From Owenia fusiformis (taxonomy: Eukaryota): DNA of 64,000 nucleotides. Location: the NCBI GenBank assembly GCA_903813345.2, contig CAIIXF020000001.1, forward strand, positions 9,920,001-9,984,000, read 5' to 3'. The translations under genes and the position numbers were made by a program. The notes beneath the pieces were generated by a model. The model saw only the letters and a list, made by a program, of their open reading frames with translations, had not been told where the DNA came from and did not search any database. Positions 27,701 through 39,700 of this stretch are shown here, one piece after another (the first letter of the stretch is position 1; each line of letters begins with the position of its first letter).

Positions 27701-30700
27701 TAGGGAGGGGGCATCATTTGCCTCCCACAAATAGAACAAGTCCGTTCAAGAGAATGATACTAATCCAACATAGGTTAGGGGGAGGTATTCAGTTTTGAGT
27801 AGGTCTAACAGCTCTTTGTGTCAGACTACATGAAACAAACTTAAAAAGCAGGAAAGGTAAAATCCTAGGTGGGTTCATGACACAGATGGCGGAGTTTTTC
27901 TTAGGATACATCCTAAAGAAAAGTATTTCTGGGGAAAGATTCTGCCATCTGTGGTTAATTAAGATATTCAGAGCTGTTTGCCTCCCTAGAGTCCTAGAAG
28001 TGAAAGAGCGACTCCTCTATGGCGCATAAAGGTAGTTCTAGAGGTTGTTAGACACCATAATGGGAAACATAAAGTAGTAATTTTGATTTTGACATGATTA
28101 AGGTAGTTAAACACCATGATCATAGTATTAAACTGTTTAAATGTAATGAGGATCACTTAAAATTGTTAAGGATATTCCTGGCATTAATGTCATACATATT
28201 TACTTGTCATTGCAATACATTATAACGGTCATAGTAGAACTAAGCTAGCCTAAATCTCTACTAACCACCCTCATACCTGGCCTTGCAATACTACATTACA
28301 TTGTCACGGTCATACCCCGGGGGTCATACCAGGCTTTGCGATCCCATAATACATTGTCATGGTCATGCCAGGTTTTCAAATACACATTGTCACGGCCAAT
28401 TATAGCAATCATAAATTTCTACATTACCACTCTCATACCCGAACTTGGAATACTATATCACATTGCCATGGCGGTCATACCAAGCCTTGCAATACTAATC
28501 GTAAATTTCTACATTACCACTCTCAAAACCTGAACTTGCAATACTATTTTACATTGTCACGGTCATGCCAGGCCTTGCAGTACTATATTACATTGTTACG
28601 GTCATATCAAGCCTTGCAGAACTATATTACATTGTCACGGTCATGGCAGGCATTGCAATATAATACCACGCGGTAGTATCTCTTCGGGACGTATCGAAAC
28701 CACTCCGTCCCGAAAAACCGTTAGTTTGAATTTAAAACCTACCCCAGTGTTTGAAAATAAAGGATTGTGAGTCTCACACTTCACCGTTTTTCTTCAAACT
28801 TGTTCCGTACAAAGCTTTACAGAAATACCTTTCAGTCGATACATTGTTTTCGTATACAAAGTACCTCGTTTTAGCGGTGTTTTGGTCCCCAGCTTTGAGA
28901 TAAAGCAAATTTTCATAACTTTCAACTGTAAGTCAAGTTATCTCGCCAGTCTTTTACCCATTCTCGCCCATAATTTCAGAATGGACTCCCATTACAACCT
29001 TCCATCGCTACGTCTTGATTTTTGGGCATCAAACGCAGCAGTTTCTAAATCATCCACACATCTCTTCAAATTTGACCAATACGTCCCGTCATCTTCCACT
29101 ACGCCCCGCCGAGTCTATTACTATACACGTAGAGTTGCATTCTAAAACAATTTGTCCATTGATGTGTCCGTTTGTAGGTTGCCATTGTCGATTCTAAATA
29201 CCAATCGGATTGTGTTTTAAGATTTACCCTTTCTTGTCCATTTTCAATATACCTATAATAGGGTGGTCCAAAATCTCCCTAAAATTTAGATTTCCCGATA
29301 TTGCAATTTAAAGATTTTAATTACTGAACAATTGAAAATATTTTTAAGAAACGTTTAAAGTGCCATATCCTTGAAAAAATGTTAAAATGCGAAAGAATGG
29401 GTGACTTCAATTATATTATTTTCAGCATAACGTTAGAAACATGTATCATTTTATATGGTGCACGTTTCATAATGTAATCCAATGGAATCATACAGAAGAA
29501 AGGTTGACATACAACAGTTAAAATCTTTATATTACATTATCAGACCAAGTCAGTAGATGTTGTTTATATACCAATTAGTGTTGTATGATGATGCATTCTT
29601 TATATGAATCTAGAAACGTTTTTGTGCCAATATTGCTCAATTTTGATAACATCTCCGTTATTTTGAAATTAAGCGTGGCAAAGTTTCCCGATGGATTTAG
29701 CTAAAAAAAAGGTGCCTGTAGGGTTATTGAAAATCATACATGATGAAGAAAAAATACATATTCCTGAAATACAACAGTTTAATTTTGAGTTATAAACCAT
29801 TTATGAAAACGGCATATTTGTCAAATTACCAAAACTTCAAGTGAGACGCGTGGCAAAATTTCCCAGGGGTCTAGAGTGGAAATATTTGTACCAAGAGTCA
29901 ATTTGTAACTAGAATCTATCAGATGACAGATTTTTGGAAAATTTTGCAGATTTGGACAACCCTAACCTATAACTTTGTTGAACCTGAAGAAACGTATCAA
30001 CTTTTTGTTAAATAAAGATAGCAAATTCAGCTGTCTACTGTACCTAACTTGTACTTTTTGCTAGTACTCAGATTGATGGATATTCTGTCGTATGACATGC
30101 GACAAACATATCAATTCTCATGGGTTTACATGGGAATTTCGATTTTCAAAAATTCATCAGATTTATCATCCATTTCCGATCTATTGTAATTGAGGAAAAA
30201 CATCAAGAAAATTTGGAGGTATTGGGAATACCTCACAAAATCAAATACAGGACAATTGCATATAATTAAAGTTAAAAAGCAACATCTTCACAAACATTTA
30301 AATTATCAATTTCATGCAATCAGTTATAGTTATACTCCGTATGTATGCTAAACTTAAGACTGGTGTTAAGAATCGACCAAGGCAAACCTATGTAAAATTA
30401 CACAACAATGAACAAAATGTTTTAGAATACAACTCTACGTTTGTAGTCATAGACTCGGCGGGGCGTAGTGGAAGGTGACGGGACGTATTAGTCAAATTCT
30501 AAGAGATGTGTGGATGATTTAGAAACTGCTGCGTTTGATGCCCAAAAATCAAAACGTAGCGATGGAAGGTTGTAATGGGAGTCCATTCTGAAATTATGAG
30601 CGAGAATGGGTAAAAGACTGGCGAGATAACTTGACTTACAGTTGAAAGTTATGAAAATTTGCTTTATCTCGCAGCTGGGGACCAAAACGCCGCTAAAACG

Positions 30701-33700
30701 AGGTACTTTGTACACGAAAACAATGTATCGACTGAAAGGTATTTCTGTGAAGCTTTGTACGGAACAAGTTTGAAGAAAAACGGTGAAGTGTGAGACTCAC
30801 AATCCTTGATTTTCAAACACTGGGGTAGGTTTTAAATTCAAATTAACGGTTTTTCGGGACGGAGTGGTTTCGATACGTCCCGAAGAGATACTACCGCGTG
30901 AATACAGCATTGTCGCGGTTATACCAGGCTTTCACGATAACATAACCACGGTCATGGCAGGATCCTTGCGCTACTTAAAAAACACTGAATAACATGGTGA
31001 CGGTTACGCCAGGCGTTAGTCTTGCAACAGATAGGGTCTCGAAAAAGTAAAGCCTCAATCAAAAGTGCATTGCTTATTTGGAATAGGCCTGGTAGGGGGT
31101 GACTTAGTCCTACAACATTAGACTTAGCCTGGCCCTCGTTTCTTATCTGACATGTCTTATGGCCCCAGCAAGAAATAACGGCCAAGAAAATTCCTAATAG
31201 TAAAGAACGGCGTTATTGAGTTAAGAGTCAATACGTCCAAATCCAAACAGGGGGTAAACACGAACGGGTTCCAAATAATGGCAAGCAGATCATTGAATTG
31301 AATAATAGTACTTCTACTACCTCTACATAATATTTATAGCCTCAAAGATACAATATAATGATGTATACCAACAATCTTACAATAAAATAATCAATTATGA
31401 TGATTTAGGTGTTCGGAATTACCCCCATGCTAGTGTTTGGAATTACCCCCACAAACTCTGTGCGTTTAAATAAATAGATGTCAGTAATAAATGATTTAAA
31501 TTTGGGTTTCTTGATATGCAGGGGTGACAGGATCCAGTATCATAAGTTAAGGGTATCATATAATGATATACCATCAATCTAATAATTAAAACAATTAAGT
31601 TTAAGTTAAGTGTTTGGAATTACCCCCATGCAAGTGTTCGGATTTACCCCCCAAAAAAGCTCCTGTTCGGAATTACCCCCCTAAAATACCTTGTAGTAAA
31701 AATTGAACAACCCAGATATTTTTTACAATTTTTTACAATTTTTCGTAATTTTTACTGCAAATGCATTCTACAGTGGATAATACATATAATATATATAGAA
31801 TCATAGCATAGATGTGCAGTACAGCCAAGCTAACTACATTTTTTGATGGGGGTGTTTGGAAATAGACGTACTGACTCTAACAACGTTAACCTAGGGGTGA
31901 CCATGGGCTCTACCACCATCTTTCTCATTTGTCATTTTTTAATTTTTGGACATTTCATGCCAATACTTTTCAACCCTTAGACATTTCATCCCCAGGATGT
32001 CTCATCCCTAAACCATGGGCTTTCAATTACCGTTGAAAGCTCATGCAACTTATTTAATTTGCGTAAACTGTCGCGCAGAAGATTTCCTGTCGAAATACCG
32101 AACCAACACTTCTCAAACACTGGATAAAATGGTCTACTTTGATTTATCATATCTAATGAAATGTTGCAGATGTTTCTAAATGCATAACGTTATACTTTCA
32201 GTTTATACGATAAATAAATGAGTAGTCGATTTTCTATTACAATTTCCAAATTATGGTGGTTTGAAAGCCCTTAGTTTCCAATATCGTTAAGAAAGATATG
32301 CCGTGATATATACTCACTTGTATTTCATTGTATGCAGCTTCATTTTAGAGTATGAATGACACATTTCTCATGAATTTGAGTTCAAATTTTGATTACTGAG
32401 TTATCCGTAGGGGTATTCTCCATCAATTGTTGTTCGGTTTTTATAATAAGTGCTTAGGAGTGCAGGGCCATAGGGAGAGGGGGTTGCTAAAAAAAATTAT
32501 AAATGGCTAGGTAACCTAAACCAATGTTTTGAAGCTTGTTGGTCGTTGAGAAGAGGGAACTTTTAGTTACAAGACTATTCCCAGTATAAAGATATCTGTT
32601 CAATGATTGAAGAGAGAGAGTATTGTCATTCTGATACTCATCACATTTTTCTGTCTTCAACCAGAAATACTAGTGTGAAGCTATTAGAAGGCTACCCTGC
32701 GTGCAGAGTCTAGTTAAACTACACTCTGCCTAGTAGAGACCATATTACAGTTTAGTAGCCCCGCCCCCACGACGGGTACCGCCTTGTACCGGTGACAGTT
32801 TAGGTAAATCACTTTTGACCTACGCGCTGACCTTACACCAATCAGCGAGCTTGAAAACATACGCCAAATGCGTTCTAATTAAATATGCGCATGTCATTGG
32901 TTAATTCCGGGCTCAACGATGACGTCAGAAGGAATGACCATATAAAGAACGTCGGTCAAATTTGGCCGACGAACACTGATTGGCGCGGTGAGTTCACAGG
33001 TTTATTTTAGTTTGAAAGAGTGAAGACGAAGCTCTCTTTTAAGAAGTGAAGTCAAACGAATGCAAAGGGTATTAGAAGGCCATGATATCTCATGATGGAG
33101 TATTGTACTTGATGTCAATTTTTGTTTTGAAACATTCCCATCTGTTTTCAGTTAGATGCCTCAGAGCTGGACCATGAAGTTCTTAGCTTAATGAAATCAC
33201 AATTGAATAACATATTTAAGTATTTCAAGGTATGTAATTACCATTTGTTTGTTTCAAATATGCATATACATATATGTAGCTTTATTTTGATAATTTCTGC
33301 AACTGAGATACTGGAATACATTGCATTACCTGATATACATTGCATGTCTTATACAATAATGTGATTCTTGGAACATGTAACTTTTCCCTTATTCGAAATC
33401 TTGCAGATGTTTGATGCATATCAGCTTCTAGAGCTGATTAGAGTTTTAGTGTGGCTGTTGGCCATTTAGAATCCTTTTATCTCACCTTTTCAGCATCTTG
33501 TTGAATATATTATTGCAATTCAAGAAATATCTGTTATTAATGTCTTTCTGTATAGATGTTAGATGATACATTTATATCATGTTCTCGAGTTGATGAACTT
33601 TTTGAGTTTTGGCAGCCATTTTTTATTTTTTCAAATTCCTCATCATTGTGATTTTAGCAAAAGTGCTAATCAATCGGATTAATTTCAATTATAATAGATG

Positions 33701-36700
33701 TAAGAAGGTATCAACTTCTGGATATCTGGTCGTATCTTTTAATTCTTCTGTGATTTCATTTTCAGCCGGGTGTCCTTACCAAGATTGAACCAGAACTTAA
33801 TGCAGCATTGAGACTAGCTATTTGGAAGGTAACTTATTATTTCCGTTGTTAATTCAAAGATAGTGTTGCCCCTAGTAAAAGCTAGTTGTGAAATTTTGTA
33901 ATTCTGATACGATATTATAATCACTCACAAAGTATCAGTCCATCTATCCTTCAACTAAATTCAAGGGTCTTTTTATCAGCATTTCAAAAATAAAGGCTGG
34001 ACTATTGATTGCTCCATTTGGCCACATGTAAAACGTGTTTAGCCTTTTGAGGTCACCGCAATCACATGTATGTGCCCAGTGCCCATGGTTTCAGTTTTAC
34101 CATATATGAAATTTTAGTTGTTTGCTTATAAAAAAGCATTGTTGACATTATTTTCAAAAGAGTACAAAACTTCATTGTAAAGTAAAATTGTACATATTAT
34201 ACACTGAATGCTTTGGACTGAATAGGCCAATTGTTAATATTAAGCAACATTATATCAGATTGTATGGTTTTTCACCCTCATCAAATAGAGTACAATAATG
34301 GCAGTTCAACATATCAACAGAACCATCTTATTTAATCATGTAATTACTTGTAGAAAAATAATGCCCTGGAACTTATCTGACCCTTTGAAAAGGTAATCTA
34401 CACAGGGGTCATACAGTTGAGTATTTTCCTCTAGCATTTTATATGCCATGTTCATGTTTTAAATAAAAAAATGACTGAAACGAAGTCCTGCAAAGTCCTC
34501 ATGAAAACATGCTAAAGTTGAAACATGTTCATTTTATACATAGCAGAATGCTTGAATCTGTGTGGAAAAATATTTTGCAAAACCTCTGCATTCCATGTTG
34601 TTGCTTTGGTGTTATTTTCTCAAAATGTAAAAGATGTGTCTTATTTTGAGTTTTTTTGTGAGCCGCAAGGTAGAAAGCCACACAAAATGAACTTCATTTT
34701 CTTTTAAAACTCTCTTTAACTCAGCTACAATTGCACAAAAATGCTAAGGATCAAGTAATTCACCCAATGTGATCTTCCAGGCTCCTTTTCTGACTTCAGA
34801 CTTGCGATTTCCTGTTTTTATTGGCAAAACTTGTTTCTGAAGTAAATTTTACACAATTTTTTTGTTTCTTAAAGAACCACACAAAATGTATTGCAAAACT
34901 AAATAAAACAAGTAATTATTCTTACCTGATAGTTGTTTAATGCAGAGAGATCAGAAAATCCACCTTCGCCTGTGTTGTCCATACTCCACACAGCCTTAGC
35001 TCAACTTGCCACGGCTCTACACACAGAAATCACATGTAACAATCGCATTAAGCCTTGGGGCTCCAAAAGTCACAAATGGTGGGGAGTGATTTTCAGGATT
35101 AAGTTTAGGTTGACATATTTCAAATATTATTTATTGATCTTAGAATTTAGATTTATCTATAAAGCTATACTTTTTCTAATATAAACTGAGAGCATAATTT
35201 TTCTTTTCTTTTTTAATTGAAAATTGTTTTAATATTTAGGGACCTAATGATGTATTTGTAATGAAGTCCAAATAAACCTTTGGGAGCCTCAATCAGGAGA
35301 ACAGTTGAAAAGCTACCCTGAGACCCATGGGCTAACATAAATAAACTACCCTCTCGAATCTTGTTCTCATACTTCGTAGCTTTAGATCTGACTTGACAGT
35401 TGAATGAGTTAAAATATGAAAAGAAGTCAATATTTTAATAAAAAGATGACAGTTTGTTTAGTGATTAACCAGTCAGATGCGACACATTCTAAGTCATCTG
35501 ATTCGAAGGGGTAGATCAAAGGCTTATTTCTCATTGAACAGTAAAGATGAAGCCCTCTTTAAGAGTTTTGAAGTCAAACATTTTTGCAAAGGGTATTTAT
35601 AAGCTGATTTTCTGAATGAATTCAAGTTTGAAAATGGCTATTAGTTTAATAATCTATAAATTACATCAATAGTGAAAGGAGTTCAGAGGGTACTTAGACA
35701 TTTAAACTCATACATAATTGTATGAAAGTATCAACTATCAATAAAGACCCGTAAGGTAATAAAGGAATCAATTTCAATCTATTTATTGTATATGTTTATA
35801 TTGGAGTCCAACGAGGAGAAATCATGGACCACTGGTGTGATGTTAATCCATCTATATCAGACCATTAACATTCTTGAAAGCTCTTGAATATTTGTAGCAC
35901 ACTGCTTAGAATTAAAAAACAGAATTTGGAAAAGAATATTGTATTAGAAGAAGGGAAGCATTTTCACCTAATTAAATCGAAATTATGGTGGTTATGATTT
36001 TATCCTGTGGTTAAAGAGTTCAGGGTTAAATGGTGTAGAAAATCTGTTTTTAGATTAGGCAAGACGATTATTGCCCAATTTTTATATTTCATCAATAGAC
36101 CAGTGTTGGATTAACTATAGAACCAGCTTAAGTTGTTTATACAATTTACTGAACCACAATTTAAAATAGTTTAACACCTTTTAGTTTCCCATTATATATT
36201 GATCGCAAAATTCTTGAGATCATCTATAGAAAAGTAATTTTTTGTTATTCCATCTTAAAATTTTGAGCTCTGTGACTATTAGCTGTAGGTTGGATATGTG
36301 GGAAATGTTGCGCCTGAAGCAAAGTCAAACAATTGCGAATGGTATAATGTTCATATTTGAAGCATGGCCTTTCATTGTATTTTCTGGTTCATAGTCATTA
36401 TTTGTCTAAAATTTGTGCAACATAAAATCAAGCAATATTAATTTGTAATACATAACAAAAATATATGAATTGTCTAGACATATGTATGGTTCTATAAATT
36501 AGTTTAAAAAATTATTATCTGCTTGGTCACTTCGGATCATGATGTCTTTAAATCATTGACATAATTTTCATTGCAACAATTTTCACTCCCTTGCTTAGCA
36601 TTATGCATGTACATTGTAGCATACAAAATTAAGAGGCTATTATCAACAAACTTTTCATTACAGAATGTATAGTTCAGATATAATCCATAATTACAAGTGA

Positions 36701-39700
36701 TATTTGAAATAACAACTCAGTCAATTGCCTTAGGGAATTTAAAACAGCTTTAACACCATTTTGTGATATAATTGAGATTTTATAACTCCCTTAACATGTG
36801 TTTGTAAATCTCCTTTGGGACATTCCATTGAAGCATCTTTATCCAGTTGATGTTTCACTAATGGAGCCTAAAATATGGATATCAGCCAGGTTGACCCAGG
36901 TCCCTAGCCAGCTATTGCCAGTGGTGGGTCACTTTTCAAGAAATTCCAGGGGTTCACATTTGACAAATTTGGCCCAAAATTACTTGAACAAATGCTCCCC
37001 CCATGAGACCATGTAGAGGAGAAACAATAACGAGTTGAGCAAAAAATATCTTGTTAAATAAAATAGAGAATTAGTTCTCTCACATAATCTGGTCTAGGTG
37101 TTTAAATTTGAAGAATAACACATTATCCTTAGGGGAGGCATCAAAAGATCAATGTCTGATAGAAAACTAAATAAATCTAGTTTGGGGGGAGGGGGTCAAA
37201 GCTATTTCAGTTTGCTATCCGACAAATTTCAACATTTAAATTTTTCGCAATTTCGACTCGAAATGCCTTGGAATGGTTTAAAAATAAAGACTTTACCAGA
37301 TGCCTTCTTCACCAAGATGCATACAACATGGAATATTATGCCTATTGTTGTTGGCACATGTTTTAAGAATCATGAATAAGTTATAGTACTGGCCCCATGA
37401 AAGTCCAAATTGAGTCGCTAAAACATGTGAAAAGTATGCGATCAACTTTCATTGTATTTAGTTTTGAGGGGGAGGGGGGGGGGTCCAACTCAAAACTAGA
37501 TTTATTTAGTTTCCTATCAGACATTGAACTTTTGATGCCTCCCCTTATTATGTGGATCAAACAGATTTTCAACTGTTCCTTTGTTACAAGATCACCGATT
37601 CTTGGCACTTTGAAAATGAATAAATGCCGTTTAATCATCTACAAAAGCTAACATGTGAAATAAGATCACTTTAATCTTATAAATCATAACATTCAAATTG
37701 TTGATATTATCCATTTGTTTACCATTGAAAAGCTGCCCATGACGTTCATTTCAATACGTATTTATCCGTTAGAAAGGAGATGAAAACATAATATTGCAAA
37801 ATAATACAGTATTAAAAATATTTTGAAGGTCTATATTGTATTGGCCCAATGAGGGATTAAAAAGTTTATTTGATGTTAACATAACGCCTTAATCTTTGAC
37901 TAAATCAAATGATACAAGTATGACCAAAAATATGCAAACATTGAAAATTCATTATAATCCAAAAAAAGAAAGAAAAATAGTTCTTTCAGATATAAAATGG
38001 ATATTATCTGTGTCACATATATTGCATTAGGCAGTTGTTAGTTGGCATTCGGCATCTTTAACAAATGGCCTGTGGTGACATTTGTATGTTCATGGCTTGT
38101 ATAGTATTATTGTCAGTGTTGGTGAAACCATGTGCTTCTCGTAAAATAGCCACATCAACCATATCCAATCATCCCTCAATTAAAAATACCTTCAAAATTT
38201 GAATTTGTGTTTTCAGTTCAGTGTGGATGCATTGGGGTCCACAGTTGGGCAAAGCATACTTGAACTAAAGTATAAAAATGTCCTGTCATCTGATGTTGCA
38301 AAGCCATGGATCTCTAAACGCCAAAGATACCTCCTTGCCTTGATTCTTATTGGTGGACAGTGGCTGAAAGACAGATCACATGATATAGGCCAGCGATTTG
38401 ATTGGCTTAAACTGCCAGATAAGGTAATTACATCAATATGTGAATAATCATGAATATAAGTTCACAAAGCATTCAGAAGGCTCTAGCATTTTACAATGGG
38501 TTAGGTTCGCTGTTACTTTTCTGTTTAGTTTCTTGAGCTCAATTAAAACGACAATTTTAAAGAAGAGAGTGTATCCTGAGAATCATTTCCCATTTTCTCA
38601 GTCATTTGTCATGTCAAACGGGTGTCGACTTTTGGCTTGCAACCGAAGATACCTCAAGAAAAGATTTTCTTTGCAAACAAAGTTATCCGAGGGTACCACG
38701 AATGTGAAGAAGACGTCTCTAATTTGTCAAAAAGAGAGGCTCAGCATTCTCCGTCAGATTGAATCGGCAAAATTCGGTTGTATGGCTAACCTTCGGTTGT
38801 ATGGCTTCCCTTGGCTGCATGGCCCAACCTCGATTGAATGGAAAAGATGCTGTCCCCTTGTCAAACACCCACGAAATCCTACTTCTACTAGCGAGCATGT
38901 GGAGACATCTATAAAATATAACAAAATACAATGATACCTCTGCAATATATTTGTTTGCCTTCATAGTAATATAACATCCACCTGAATCTGTAATATTATT
39001 GATTTACTGTGAAACCTGTAAAGTGGAACACCTCTGTTAGTGGAAAATTCTATAAGTAGAACATATCCCGAATGAAACACTTTTCGTTAGAGGTACCAAA
39101 GATGTTCCACATAGACAGGTTTTACTGTATTAAGAAAATTTTGTAGTACAAACAAAGACACAAAGGAATGTGACCTGCTGAAGAATATTCATTGTTTTCC
39201 CAGGTCCAGCATAAATGCATACATGTATGTAAAAGATCTATGTCTGAGTAAATCTACTTGTACTTTTCTACATTATAAAGTCCAACTTTTAGGCTACCCA
39301 TATATTGGACTATTTAGAAAAGGGATGGAAGGTGGCAACATTGCTCAATTTTCTGGTGTTCTTACAAAATGGTGCCTACCAGTTTCTTATTGAAAGACTA
39401 CTTGGGATCAGAAGTGTGTATCCAAGATATCAAAGCTACAGACAGGTACTGGAGCAATATATTTTCAATGTGACAATATTTAATCAATTAATTAATTAAT
39501 TAAGGGCTGTAAGTCTCATCCTAAATAACACTAAAATATTTTCAAATCATAATTATGTGAAACTTACACAATCAATAGACTTGAACATAAACCAAAAATA
39601 TATTCAAATCATGATGATATGTATCTTACACAACCAGTAGACTTGAACAGAAGAATGGTGTCAAATTTGAACGTAAGAATTCACCATTTGGAACAATAAT

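Larger units (their letters stand above)
24956..31034. mobile_element. Outer TIR element (~6 kb) with subterminal tandem repeats
   Basis: ctatctattgcaagact...ccgtgacaatgctgtatt (24956-25130) is inverted at 30901-31034 and continues to the left of 28667; repeats acattgtcacggtcatgccaggccttgcaatact at ~28270-28660; no clear TSD. Confidence 0.75.

Noticed and set aside
27694-27706. Telomeric TTAGGG repeats
   Set aside because: Only two imperfectly spaced units; could be chance in G-rich sequence
28270-28660. CRISPR-like repeat array
   Set aside because: Degenerate tandem subterminal repeats of a transposon with no unique spacers; eukaryotic context
28882-30715. Duplicated ORFs 28882-29145 and 30488-30715
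   Set aside because: Mirror translations of the long TIRs; no recognisable domain
38440-38964. Overlapping 164/81/63-aa ORFs in PEX2 intron 4
   Set aside because: No recognisable domain; probably a decayed repeat
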